The position numbers were made by a program, and so were the translations under genes. From Eledone cirrhosa (Eukaryota), in the NCBI GenBank assembly GCA_964016885.1, contig OZ024743.1:105834001-105898000 (forward strand): a stretch of 64,000 bases of DNA. The letters are read 5' to 3'. Below, piece after piece: positions 28,878 through 42,676 of this stretch. Numbering within the stretch: position 1 is the stretch's first letter; each line of letters begins with the position of its first letter. Under the pieces are notes generated by a model, which was not told the origin of the DNA, ran no database searches, and was given only the letters and a program-made list of their open reading frames with translations.

Positions 28878-30159
28878 CTGCTATATTTCCTTATCTTTTT
28901 TGTTTAGATTCATTTTGATTACCATCACCTTTATTATTATTAGCTTTTTACAGCTTTTCGATTTTAGTTTCCATAGTTTTTTGGCTACCATACCCTATCT
29001 ATCGTCTTAAGCATTATTATATTTTCACTACTAACACCTTATGAGTTTATATCTTATTAAATACTTTGGTTGGAGTCTCATTCAACTAATGTACCTCCTC
29101 CTCTACACACTTAATATCCGCCCCTTCTATTATACTATATATAAATTTCACCTTTATGCTCCTTTTATGATATTATATAATATATTGATTTTACTTTTAT
29201 GCTCCTTCCTATCCTCCATAACCTCTCTTCTTTCTGTTCCCATTGGTCTACCATAGTTCTATTTAGAGTCCTTTTATTTGATAACGTTATTCGACTGAAC
29301 GGAGCATATTTTACTCTATTCTTGATAATTTTATTGAAATATCTCAAACTTATACGTTTTTGATGACTTAAACTCTAGCCAATTTTGAAGTGACTATATA
29401 TGTATTTTAAATACTTTTAATATTAATTAATTTAAAAAGGATTTCTAGTCAATTCGCCGCTTACATTTCTATCTCTTCTTTTATTTAACCGCTTGTGACA
29501 CCTAAGTAAATATACTTGTTTTTTTTTTTCGATCTTCGGTTTATTTAACTTATTTTTTTACTACCACACGCTGTTCATTAATATATGTCTGTGTATGTCA
29601 ACCACGTAAATATATATTAAGCATTTCCTTAGACTCTGTTTGATATTTGATATTAACGTTGTTATATCATATCATTTTTATGTAATCGTATTATAGATTT
29701 TAATATATGTTATTTGAAGTACTGATCTGTTATATTTTGTAATATTTTGTGATATTTTGGTAATACTTATGCCAATGTAAAATGACTTGACCTCCGTGTA
29801 TTTGTTGCAATGGTATAGATATTTTTTCAACACAATTTTTTCAACACAATTTAGTTCTATATGATTTTTTTCTTACCCTGTGTAAAACGTTATACTATTT
29901 GTTAACCTTGAATTATATATATATGATGTAATTTTGTATATCTTTTGATGCCAATATATTATAATATTGTTATTATAATGTTATTATAATGTTTTTATAT
30001 TGTTTATGCACACTGACAGGGAATTATATATTATATTTTATTTTTATTTTTATTTTTATCTTTATTCTTATTTTTATCTTTATTATATTATACTGTAAAC
30101 AATATATATATATATATTTAAATAGTTAATAAGTGTTAGTTTGTGTTTGTACTAATCTA

Positions 30160-30242
<83 letters not shown>

Positions 30243-30538
30243 TAAGCTTTTTATTATCACCATCTATTATATTATATTATATTCTATATCGTACTGTAAT
30301 TCTCGCATTATATTACCATCTGTGTTTCAAGTTTTTGCATTATACAATATTTACAATGTGGGTTCAACATGTTAATCACTTCCTTGCTATTTGGTCTATA
30401 TCTATGTTTGTAACTGCTCACTCTTAATCTTAGCCAACTTTTCCTTGATATCCTTCCTAGGCTTTAATAGATGTATACTCCATATTCTTCTGAGTTTTTG
30501 GCTTGTATTGGCCGATAGTGCTTCTTGTAGCTTTACTT

Positions 30539-30576
30539 GCCCTGATGAGTCCTTAATAGGACGAAACATTGTTGGC
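30539..30576 (+). ncRNA. Minimal type I hammerhead ribozyme in the Naiad pseudo-LTR
   Basis: GCC CUGAUGA GUCCU-UAAU-AGGAC GAAA CAUUG UU^GGC, followed by AAUAAA. Confidence 0.88.
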
Positions 30577-30725
30577 TAATAAAGACTTTTGATGTATTGA
30601 AGGCTTCTTTGGTTTATTTTTTATAATTCTTCGGCTCTGTTTAATTACATTGAGCTATATCTTATACTGTCATTTCTATAATATGAAGAGGGTGTTTAAC
30701 TCCAACACACTCTAGTATTTTAATT

Positions 30726-30772
<47 letters not shown>

Positions 30773-30908
30773 CATTGAGGACAGAATAAATTAGCTGATA
30801 TAAAAGATACAGAAGCGAAAACCAACGAAACAGTGAGTGCGTTCTGTTATTAATTCTGTCAATATTATTACACAAATATGACCCTCCCAATTATAACAAT
30901 ATATATAT

Positions 30909-31010
<102 letters not shown>

Positions 31011-31039
31011 GTATATATATCCGGCATTGTCAATGCCAT

Positions 31040-31440
31040 TAATAACACTCCGATTGGTTTTCCGTTAATCCTTAGTTACAGCATTATGTAGCAGTTGATG
31101 GTAAGTACTGCGCTTCACTTGTTATAGATTGCCAGTTTTGTCGGAGTGAACGTGCACGGAATTAGAATCCTTAATAAGACGAATTCTATTCTTCAGGTCC
31201 TGCTGGAAGGAATTGCTCCTATTCCGAAATTTGATACTCCTATGATTTCCAAGACATCATTTTCGAACGGTAGCAATGATAGGTTACTCGGAGGGTTATT
31301 ATTATAAGTTTTAAAGCCAAATTTATCCTGTTTATTGTCCGCTTTTTCCTGGTTATCGACATAATAGGCACGCCAACGCAACCTTTTAAGGAACGAATCG
31401 GTTTTCTGAATCAGAAGTTTTTGGTATGTCTTCCTGCTAG
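31040..31440 (-). pseudogene. Naiad PLE N-terminal fragment
   Basis: TYQKLLIQKTDSFLKRLRWRAYY...KFGFKTYNNNPP...FENDVL. Confidence 0.85.
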
Positions 31441-31524
31441 TTACATGTATGTTCTTTGTAGTTCAAGTGTTGTTTCTGCATGATGAATATAAGTTAATAA
31501 AGTACTCAACCGAGGGAGCCAAAT

Positions 31525-31900
31525 AGTAATAATAATAAATGTGAAGACTAGAATCCAAAGAGTGCTCGATAAGGATAAATATATATCAAATATATAAGAA
31601 GAGCAAATATTTATTAAAATGACAGATTCAAGTTTAAGCAAAGAATCGCTGCTTTCACCCTTAACGGGATCTTCTGAAAGTAAAAGAATCAATCCGTGAA
31701 CGCAGAAGTAAATATTTCGAAAAAAGTTGCAACCGAAGGAAAACAGGAAGACGATACTTTGGTTCGTGAAGACGTTCCCTTGCAATGAACGGGAAAAGGC
31801 GAAGATAATACGTCGTTATGTGGATCGTGGAGAACAATTGCACGCAAAGACAAAACCACGATTATGGTATAAATGAAGTCGTAGACTAATATTCTATTAA
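31525..31900 (-). mobile_element. PLE pseudo-LTR fragment with degenerate hammerhead (31633-31679)
   Basis: UUU CAGAAGA UCCC-GUUAA-GGGU GAAA GCA...UGC UU^AAA; homologous to 52895-53060. Confidence 0.55.
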
Positions 31901-32099
31901 GGAAACCGAATGATTCTCGGCTTCAGAGTTAAGAATACTGTAAATAAATTAGTAGAACGAAAATGACAGATGTTTGAATCAATAATAATTAAATATATAC
32001 AAACACGCATCCATATACGTACATAAACGTGCAAACGCAAAAAAACACGCCATGCATGCATAAACATGCATGTACACATGTCTTCACATTTATTATTAT

Positions 32100-32130
<31 letters not shown>

Positions 32131-32133
<3 letters not shown>

Positions 32134-35100
32134 GAACCCCTAATATGAAAACCCCTTCAAGACTGTAAAAGGGGTTCCCAATGAAAACCCCACCAACTGT
32201 GAAGGTCGAACCACCCGACTTCCATAAGCCCCTGAGAGGTAAGTAAACCTTTCCTCTCTTTCCTTTAGCCAGCCAACATGGCAATCCTAAGAGTAGGTTG
32301 TTTAAATATTTGTAGCCTGGGGATCGTCTTAGAAACAGGGTCGCTGCTGAACGAACTTGTGTATCTAGATATGGATGTCATTGCCGTAAGTAAGACCAGG
32401 ATTTTTGACAACCACGCACCAGCCCCCATTTTCGACGACTATCAGATCTTCGCATCTGTTAGTCGGCCAGGAATGAGAGTTGGAGTGGCAGTTCTGTTTA
32501 GGAAAGGCTTGGATCTCGAGGTAAGGCCTTTCTGGGAACATCTTACACTTTATGTTTAATGGTGCCTAGAACGGCATTGTAGACGCACACTGAGACTGTT
32601 TGTGAGGAGCTGATATGATCAGGGAGTGCAAAATCCTCAGATACCTGATCAGCCAGTTGCAACTGCCTGATAGATACCGACTAGATTTTCCCAATGCGCC
32701 AGTGTGAACTGGACCAACCGGATAGTTTCATCAATATCGTATATAGATAGGTCTTTTCATTATGCCAATAATGAAAAATAGTTGTTCAAACTTTCAAACG
32801 GTCGCCTATTCAGATCATAAGTTTGTGATATATATAGTCGATCTAGATAAGGCGTGCAGGATAGGACCGGGTTACTGGAAGCTGAACATATCGTTTCCAG
32901 TAGGTAAGGCTGACAGAAACCGGGTCAACTTTATGCAAAATTTGACGAAGGTAGTTGTCAACATATGGTGCGGGGCACAGAATCATTTCAATAGATTTTA
33001 AGAAAGAAGTAGCGTTAGAGAAAATAGAAAAGACGGGGGGCTGGCAGATGAATTAGACGAGGCTATATCCTGTGGCATTGCAACTGAAGTGCTGGCAGAG
33101 AGAATGGTATTACATTATTCATTCAATGAGAAACAGGAAGGTAACATCGTTAGAGCTAAGGTCCATGATCTAAGAAACGAAGGAACCAAATCTGTTCGAT
33201 AGGCTGGCGTGACAGGGGCGCAGCGTGGTAACAAAAACACAATTCGCTGTTTGACGGACCGAAATTATTCCAGGTAGATTTGTGAGGACTTTCGCCACCA
33301 TTTTGCTCGGCTGTACGGGGGAAGTGTGGGAGCCAGAGATGGTAGCGGAATTCATCCCCTAACTCGATGGTCTACTTTGTAGACCATCGAGTTAGGGGAT
33401 GAATGCACGAAGTACAAGTAACTCGGTTTGGATGGTCTGCCCTATGATCTTTACGCAGATATACCAGCTTTTTCTTCGATCTCATCAAAAAGCTCTAGTG
33501 CAAATGGCAGCTGGACGGGAATATTCCCAGTCCTGTGACTGGTGTAGTGGTGACACTAATACGGAAAGGCGAGACCAATAAGGATACTTTACATAAATTC
33601 AGGCCCATAACATTGCTGAAGATAGAGTTTAAAATGTTGGCTAATGTGTTAGCGAAGAAGCTGGCGCTTGTCGTCGTGGATTTTGATAGAGGAGGCGCAA
33701 ATTTGCACAATCATGACAAGGTCCATACACAAAAACTTCGAACTCATGAGATACACATAGAGAGGGTAGGGTGTAAACCTGGCTTTGGTGGAGCTCTGAT
33801 CAATTTAGATTAATCGAAAGCCTTGGATAGGGTCGACCATCGACACCCGAAGGCTGTCCTGAAGGCAGCTGCCTTCCGTCCCGTCATCGGAATCTGGATC
33901 GCTGCAATGCACAGCGGCATCTGCTCGGTCGTCAATGTTAATGCCCATTTTTCGGAACCATTTCAGATATCCCGATAGGACCGTCTAGGGTGCCCCCCCC
34001 CCCCTCCTCCCTTCTGTACTTATTGACTCTTGAGCCTTTACAGCGGAAGCTGGAACTGTTAGAGGGTATCCCGCTCGAACCGGGATGTGTGTCGGGTATC
34101 TCGAAAATCAAAAGGTCGGCACCTTCTTGGAGGAAAATGAAAGGTTGATGTGAGTAAAACTAAGTCGATGGGCTTGCAGCATGGCACCTGGACAATCAAG
34201 TCCATGCCACCCAACAGCGCCGTCCGGCGTTGGACCTACAGACCGGTAACGATACTCGGGGTTTTGTTCGAACCAGATCTTGGGGTCTGTCTCTCACCGC
34301 GTTGTCAGTTGGATAGGAATTAGGATGCGGTTAAGATCAGGGTAGCCACACACTCCCAGAAATTGGCTGAGAGTAAGCTGTACCTCAAATGTTGGGCAAA
34401 GGTGGTGAATGCGTTCATCGCTCTGTTATCTATTACTGCCTGACCATTGTGTCTCACCTCCATTCGCACCTTGGGAACTTGGAGCGGAACCTCTTCCATT
34501 TATTGTGGAGGGGACAGATTCGGTTGTTGAAGTTGTCCATCTGCTGTCGATACTGGGCCCCTGGCATCTGGAATGTTACCAGGCGTTCTCTGCGCTCTGC
34601 CAGTCGGGCCATGATTTCACTGGATTTTTCAATCTCGAGCTTTATAAAAGATTGGTGGTGGGCATGTGCGATGATGCATCAGAGATGCTCTGTACGTCGA
34701 CGAAAATCGAATTGATCAGTCTCTTCCTGGAGAATTTCGAGCCGGTATTGCTATTATGGGGCACTGCCAGTTCGAAATAAACTGTACAGGCACTGAAGAG
34801 CGGTAAGACACAGCTGTCTGAGATTCGCGCAGTGAAATGATACCGTTCTGCAAGGACTCGGTCGGTCAGAGTTCATGCATTACTGACTTGTGGAGTTATG
34901 ACAAATTGTTGTTATCGCCTGTAGGATGGACCCGTCTATCGGCCGACTCCATATTGAAGATCGCCCCACCGCTTTCTTGTCGCCGAGAAGAGCAGGAAGA
35001 TTTCCTATCTCGGGTAACTTTAGCGAAAGAGGTTTGTATTGTACAAGGCTAAAACGACTGAAGACAAATACTTTTTTCTCTTTGGCTTCATCAACATTTT

Positions 35101-35470
35101 GAAGTTCCACTTGGTAAAGGAGGTGACGGTCGCGAAGGAAGTGCTTCCTCGAGTACATTTCTTAAAAGGTGGGTGATTGTTGCAAGGATGACGTGCATGT
35201 CATGTGCCTTTAAGCTAAAGGGATTAAATAGTGAGGGGCACATCCCAGGTTAGAGATGAAGGTGGTTAGAATTATCTTGTGTTGCTAAAGTCACCCCCGG
35301 GTAACATCCCCTCGAAAACGAAAAGGGAATTCTGTTGTTTTTATTTTATTATTAATAGCTATTTGTTGCATTGTTTTACATGAATTTCTGTAAAACCCTA
35401 TTGTCCCAGTCTATTGTATTGTTTACTATATGTCGGTCCTTGTGGCCAAGAAATGAAACAATTATTATCA
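32131..35470 (+). mobile_element. Degenerate L1/Tx1-type LINE (APE + RT)
   Basis: LRVGCLNI..DVIAVSKT, YSDHK...GPGYWKLNIS (APE), FRPITLLKIEFKMLANVLAKKL, ALINLD*SKALDRVDH (RT); many stops. Confidence 0.85.
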
Positions 35471-35630
35471 TTATTTTTTTTTTAATACTCTGCTCCTAAA
35501 TGATACCGACTACGGCGTAATTCCAGACGTAAAATAGAACATCGGCAAACACAGCCACATTGGCATGAATGCTCAAACCGGTGAGGCAGTTGTAACTAAA
35601 AGTTACACACCAATACATTATATATATTAT

Positions 35631-36690
35631 ATACTAACCGAGGTACCCGGCTTCGACCGGAAGAAGAGTTAAGAGAAGACGGATAAAAGAGAAAATTATT
35701 ATATCGGATGTGTTGTCTGGTTTATAGTATGATGTGAGACCGTAATGTGTGTCTGTGTAAAACAAACAATAAAAAAACTTCCTTATTAGGCTTGGGCAGC
35801 AAACTGCCGATTAAGTTGTAGCATTGGCCTTGGATTTTAAATGTAGTGAAATAACCCTAGTCAGTATGATCTTTTTCAGCTCCAAAGGACGTCATCTGTA
35901 ACGCAGCAATATACCGCATAACATTGCTTCTGAAGTTCTGCTTCGTTAGTACTGTTTGTAAGTAGTATAGGGTTAGGGTCAGGGTATCAATTTTTCTGTA
36001 AAACTACTTCATAAAAGCTAACGCAATATTGTTAAACCTTCCTATAGATCAAAGGATCTATAGTTTAAGTCATTTCTAGACTTTCGTGGGGCGTTACTTT
36101 CTCTCTCTCTCTGAAAATCTAAGACTTTAATGGTATCCCTCTCTGTATAAATGCCTATCTCTCTCTTCCTCCCTCTCCCTCTGTGTTTCTCTCTCTTTAG
36201 ATGTGTGTGTGTGTGTGTGGGGGGGGTGCAGTTTTCATGTGATTCAAACAAGTCAATAAACATCTTTCTTTTATATATATAGACTAGCTGAATTACCCGG
36301 CGTTGTCCGGGTTACTGCTGTTCTTATTCAGATTAGTAAACAATAAATATGAAGATATGGTTTTTTTCTCATAATTATTTTAAAATATCTATATTTTATT
36401 TTTTTAAATATCAACATTGTAATGATAATAGAATTTAGAAACGAAAATCTGTAAATGTTCATTGTGTCATTTTTGTTGGTGTACAAATGAATAAATTGTT
36501 GTTACACACTCACATACATACACTATCACATACAAATACTAAGACAGACGCACACAGGCACAAGCATAGCTTTCACCTCATTTGTTTGACCGTCGCTACA
36601 TATGTGTAGATGAATGTGTGTGTTTAATTCTCTGAGGCCTAACGTGCGTAACAAACTCGCAAATAAATACGGAATATTATATATATAGAG
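35631..36690. mobile_element. Two tandem non-autonomous Helitron/Helentron-like (DINE/HINE-like) modules
   Basis: Both start ACTA(A/G)C...TACCCGGC...CCGG (subterminal hairpin; 35631 and ~36283) and end in TTATATATATAGA. Confidence 0.5.
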
Positions 36691-36780
36691 ATTATATATT
36701 TATACTCTGCAATGCATCTAGTACTTACTGCGATTGAACACACACACACATACACACACACACGCATATGTATATATATG

Positions 36781-36811
<31 letters not shown>

Positions 36812-36827
36812 TTATGTATATATATAT

Positions 36828-36901
<74 letters not shown>

Positions 36902-36905
<4 letters not shown>

Positions 36906-38288
36906 GACGTAAAATAAGAAAATTTTAAAAATTAAAAATTAGCTTACTTACTAAAATTTTCCCTCCAACTAATTAGTTTCTGTAAGGGGATAAATATAGT
37001 TACGTAAGATAACTATAGAGAATTCTTTACGTCATCGGGGAGTCTATTCTCAGGTAGTAAGAAAGTTAATTTTTAATTTTTAACATTTTCTTATTTTACG
37101 TCTTTCATATAATTGTTCTGCATCCCCCTTCATAGAACCACAAAGGTACTAAGACATAACATATATGTTTGCTAGCATGGGTATACATGTGTACATATGT
37201 TGGTAGATATACTAATTCTCTATATTTAACTCCAAATTATTTGTTGAGTAAAACTTGCCAAAATTTACTGCTGTGATTCATGGTAGTAGTAGGCTTTTGG
37301 CATAATACCACCCCGCTCCTCACTGATTAACCTCAGTGTCACGTGATTGATCCTTTAGAATCTTCCACTGAAAAAGAGGCAGTGAATTTTTTCAGTGCTT
37401 TGGAATTTAGTCCCCGCTAGCTTTATTCCATCCACTGAATTATTATTTTTATATGGGTTCCTAGTGTCCGTGCATTACCTGGGAACTTAGCTGAGAATAG
37501 ACTCCCTGATGATGTAAGAAATTCTCTATAGTTATCTTACGTAACTATATTTATCCCTTTACAGAAACTAATTAGTTGGAGTGAAAATTTTAGTAAGTAA
37601 GTTAATTTTTATTTTAAAAATTTCTTATTTTACGTCTTTCATATAATTGTTCTGCATCCCCCTGCATAGAACCACAAAGGTACTAAGACATAACATATAT
37701 ATTTGCTAGCATGGGTATACATCTGTGTACATATGTTGGTAGATATACTAATTCTCTATATTTATCTCCAAATTATTTGTTGAGTAAAACTTGCCAAAAT
37801 TTACTGCTGTGATTCATGGTAGTAGTAGGCTTTTGTCATTATACCACCCCACTCCTCACTGATTTACCTCAGTGTCACGTTATTGATCCTTTAGAATCTG
37901 CCACTGACCAAAAGAGGCAGTGAATTTTTTCAGTGCTTTGGAATTTAGTCCCCGCTAGCTTTATTCCATCCACTGAATTATTATTTTTATATGGGTTCCT
38001 AGTGTCCGCGCATTGCCTGCGAACTTAGCTGAGAATAGACTCCCTGATGACGTAAGGAATTCTCTATTGTTATCTTACGTAACTATATTTATCCCCTTAC
38101 AGAAACTAATTAGTTGGAGTGAAAATTTTAGTAAGTTAATTTTTAATTTTTAAAATTTTCTTATTTTACGTCTTTCATATAATTGTTCTGAATCCCCCTG
38201 CATAGAACCACAAAGGTACTAAGACATAACATATATATTTGCTAGCATGGGTATACATCTGTGTACATATGTTGGTAGATATACTAAT

Positions 38289-38300
<12 letters not shown>
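36902..38300 (+). mobile_element. Non-coding ~536-bp tandem repeat (~2.3 units) with 150-bp inverted 5' piece, in (TA)n
   Basis: Units start ~37065, 37601, 38135; 36902-37053 is the reverse complement of ~38028-38178; each full unit has CUGAUGA-N-GUAAG...CUUAC-GUAA. Confidence 0.85.
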
Positions 38301-38319
<19 letters not shown>

Positions 38320-38724
38320 GTATTTTGTACTTCCTCTTCGCCTCCACGTTGTTCTTTTGTTTTTTTGTTTTCTGTGTCAACTATAATATATATATATATA
38401 TATGTACATACATAGAGAGATAGCGAGAGTGAGAGAGAGAGAGAGAGGGAGGGAGAGAGGGAGAGAGAGAGGGGAGGGGGAGAATTAAACTAAATGATGG
38501 GAATACTTAAAATATAAATATAAGCTTATAGGCATATAGATGCATTCATACATTTAACTATATAATTATCTTTCTACATTTCAGATTCAAAAGATTTATG
38601 AGGTTTATGCCTATGTTCACGCAGACTCACACATCGACATACTCACACGCAGAGATTGACAGACATATGCGTACACACATACACAACCACAGAAACAAGC
38701 ACACACACACATACACACATACGC

Positions 38725-38813
<89 letters not shown>

Positions 38814-38941
38814 TGTGTGTGTTTGTGTGTGTGAGTGTGTCCAAGTCGTAAAGGGGTTTTTCATACTATATCACACATTAAAATAATATATCTTATTATT
38901 GTGTTTTTTGCTTAGTTGTTTTTGTTTACTATTTGCATATA

Positions 38942-40137
38942 TACGAGGTTCGACTAAAAAGTTCAGAGGCTGACAAAGATATTCTCATGGAACGTGACTA
39001 AATGAGGTTCATTTTACAATTAGTCGCCTTTGTGGTCCAAGCACTTCTTCATTGGATCTCATTGGCGAAAAAGCTTTATTCCAGTTGGTGAAAACCTTAT
39101 GAACCACAGATACGCCTTCATCATCTGTGTGATACTGGAACCCAAACAAGTGTGTTTTTTTATTTTGGGTAGCAGATGATCATCAGATGGGCCAAATCAG
39201 GAGTATAGTGAGATTGAACAAACAGTTGAAAGTGACAGTCTCACACAGCAGTCATTGAAATTTGTGAACTGGAGTACTGTCATGATGAACTAAATCACTT
39301 TTGTCAATTTTCTTGGGTGTTTGGTCTTGATAACCTTTTGTAACTGCTTCAGGAATTTGGCTTACTACTCTCCCTTTATGGTGTGGTTCTTTTGAAGATA
39401 GTCAATAAACACGATGTTTTTTGCATCCTAAAAACAGATGGCCATCACCTTCTTTGCAGATGAAACGACATTGGCCGTAGTTGGAGCAGTTGATGAAGTG
39501 TGTTTCCACGGCATGGAGGTTGTCTTTGTCTCTGGCTCAAAGTGATGAATCCTTCACTCGTCCTGTGTGAGGAAACCTTCAAGGAAACCAATTGGATTTG
39601 CCTCAAAAAATGTCTGACTTTTCCATGATGTGATCAGCTTGGTTCACTTTTGATCATGTGTAAGAAGACATGATATTCACTAAGGTCATACCTAGGTCAT
39701 TGTGTAGAATATTCTCCATTCTATCAAGGGATATACTAATAGCATTGGCTATTTGATATATACTCCATCACCTGTCATCACCTGTCATCACCAATACTCT
39801 CTCCTTCCAAAATTCAGCTTCCTAATTGTGCACTGTTAATAAAACTAGAACGTCATTTTCTAATGTAGCAACCATATTAGGGGGATAAATATCCTGGTGG
39901 TATAAACCCTTTTTTTGCAGCTACTTGATGTCAAACTATGTACATTTTCAAGAGAAATCGCTATTAGTTACATTTGGCGTCTTCTTTAAACGGTCAGATG
40001 TCGTTGTAGCTGACGAGAAACAATGTAGTTATTAATAAAAACAGTTGAAATTAATACATGCATACAAGATTTCACAGCTCTCGCATTAATCATTCATAGT
40101 CAGACTATGAACTAACTTTTCAGCCCATCGTGGTGTA
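38942..40137 (-). mobile_element. Decayed mariner (Tc1/mariner) DNA transposon
   Basis: Imperfect TIRs TACGAGG..CTAAAAAGTTCAGAGGCTGAC / GTCAGACTATGAACT...TTTTCAGCC; minus strand encodes remnants of DAK.IVFIDYLQK, HHDSTPVH and YTPDLAHL (YSPDLAP). Confidence 0.85.
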
Positions 40138-40139
40138 TG

Positions 40140-40185
<46 letters not shown>

Positions 40186-40239
40186 TTCGGATCTCGTTGA
40201 AACGGCCGGAGCTCAGCCGTTCGTGTCTTGAATCTTATC

Positions 40240-40357
<118 letters not shown>

Positions 40358-41147
40358 GAATTATACAGACGCGCTTTGCATAACTATACATATACAATAA
40401 AAAATATATAAATATGTATACTTGTAGAAATGTATAAACACATGTAAATACATATATATATACATACAAACATGCATAGATACATATGTTCATACATACA
40501 TACACACGTTCATACATACATACGTTCATACATACATACATAATACTTACATCTATATGGTTATACAAATAATTAAATGCGTGTTTATAAAACTTCCTAG
40601 TGTAGTGACGCTTTCCACATATCACAATAATTTCTTTTCTCTTTTAACTGATATCTTACTCTATCTAAATCGTATATTTACTTTTCTGCAGTATTTACCA
40701 TTAAATACGTAGCAAGTACTTCTAAATAGAGATCAACATCATCTATAATGCCACTAATATTTTTTTGTATTTGAAGTTTCAATTCGCTGCTTGATTTTGG
40801 TAAAGATTTCCTCTAGTTTGAACCGTTATTGGAACGCTCGATCAACATCTCTTAATATGGTTTCGTTATAATTGCTGCCTTTCGGTCTCGATTTCAATTT
40901 CTTTTGATTAACTTTAATTTAAAATTCGTTTCTATTGAAACCAAGCAATTCTTTGGTGACAATTTTAACTGTAATCTTCTGTACAATCTAAAATTCGTAA
41001 CATGTATGTTTGTTTGTATTTATATAGGTTTATGTACGTGTGTACGCATGTGTGCGTAAATTTATACATCACATGTATGTATGTAAGTACGTACGTGCGT
41101 ATGACTGTATGCACCTCTCTCCCACTCTCTCTCTCTCTCTTTCTCTC

Positions 41148-41213
<66 letters not shown>

Positions 41214-42174
41214 GGAGATTTTGAAAGTGGAAAAAAAGTATATGCATTATTTCTTTCGATCGGATTTCGGAATAACGCTTAGTGCTCTCACGTCAATTAA
41301 GGAAGATAAGAGCGCATAATGAAAATGGTTTACACAAAATGAAATACGAAAAACTAAGTCTAAGTCAAGCAACGAAAGACAAAAAGAAAAAGTAGTAACA
41401 TGCTAATGAAATGAAACTAATTTCCAAGGAAAAGAGAAATGAATCACAAATATAGAAATTTTAAGATCTCTCTATAATAATTGATATTTCAATATTTCTT
41501 ATACTGAACATGGAGTGGTTTTCCTTTGGATGAACAGGATGTGCGTGAATGGAAGGCTAGTTGTCATCATGAATATAACCTCCACACTTAAGCAACAAGG
41601 TTGTGCTTCCTGAATGTTTTTCGGAATAAAACAATATAAAATCTCATCAAAATAAAACGAAAATACATTATTAGTGTTACGTTGGACATGAGACAACAAA
41701 TAACAAATAATATGTATAACAGAATGAATCAATCACTCCTGAAATCGAATACTATATCGGGCATTACAGAAATAAAATTTGAGTTGTTAATCGGCTTGCT
41801 TCTGAACTAAAATGTTCAATAATGAGGTTGAGTAATATAATAAATAGTTTGGACAGGTTTTAAACAAAACAAATATATATATATAACATTTTCCTTGAGT
41901 TTGCATAAGAAGTATCGCCAATAAAATTATTATGCTTGCCGCCGATCAGACCCGCAATTTTCTGAATTACCGTCCCTAATATCGAGAGAGGAGTTTGATG
42001 AAAGGAAACATTGCAGGGGATGCACGTGGTAATTAAATATATGACAGGCTGAATGAATTGGGCTCCAGCACCCAACGAAAGTTGAATACCTGTTTATGTC
42101 ACTGTTCTAATTATATAAATAAATATATATATTATTCAGAATATTAATAAATGAAGACATTCACATATATATGT

Positions 42175-42234
42175 TTTATTATATATATTTCGAAGGTACT
42201 GTGCTGCTTTTTCAGTACGTCCTCGTCAGATAAT
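42175..42234 (-). ncRNA. Minimal type I hammerhead
   Basis: UUAU CUGACGA GGACGUACUG...CAGUACCUUC GAAA UAUAUA UA^AUAA. Confidence 0.8.
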
Positions 42235-42403
42235 ATACATGTATTGATGAATGACATACCTCAACGTTCTTGATGGTTCAATTCAGTATTGGCAGTAGAA
42301 TTGTTCAACTGTTCAACTGTTCAATTGTTCAATTGTTCAATTGTTCAAAACGTTCAATTGAACCATCAAGACCGTAGAGGTATGACATGCATAAATTCAT
42401 GTA

Positions 42404-42465
42404 TTTTATCTGACGAGGACGTACTAAAAAAAGAGCACAGTACCTTCGAAATATATATAATAAAA
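42404..42465 (+). ncRNA. Minimal type I hammerhead
   Basis: UUUUAU CUGACGA GGACGUACU...AGUACCUUC GAAA UAUAUA UA^AUAAAA. Confidence 0.82.
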
Positions 42466-42609
42466 CAATTTATTTTGAGTATGTGAATGTCATCATTTAT
42501 TAATATTCTGAATAATATTAATAACTCCCGAAAACGTCTGTGTAGAGTGCTTTTAATCTATTGTAAAACTATATTCATTGAGTAATCAATGAACCATATT
42601 AATCATTGG

Positions 42610-42676
<67 letters not shown>

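Larger units (their letters stand above)
26260..30728 (+). mobile_element. Naiad-type PLE, slightly 5'-truncated, with short inverted pseudo-LTR piece at the 5' end; inserted in (TA)n
   Basis: Frameshifted RT (FIQFDIDAYYTSI, FDVTMGS, GGLYRDDAL) and an open C-terminal ORF; 26273-26332 is the reverse complement of 30568-30627. Confidence 0.93.
42128..42608. mobile_element. Head-to-head pair of Naiad pseudo-LTRs, each with a hammerhead; (TTGTTCAA)n-like spacer
   Basis: 42130-42283 is the reverse complement of ~42355-42520; the right arm and tail are homologous to 52380-52620. Confidence 0.88.
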
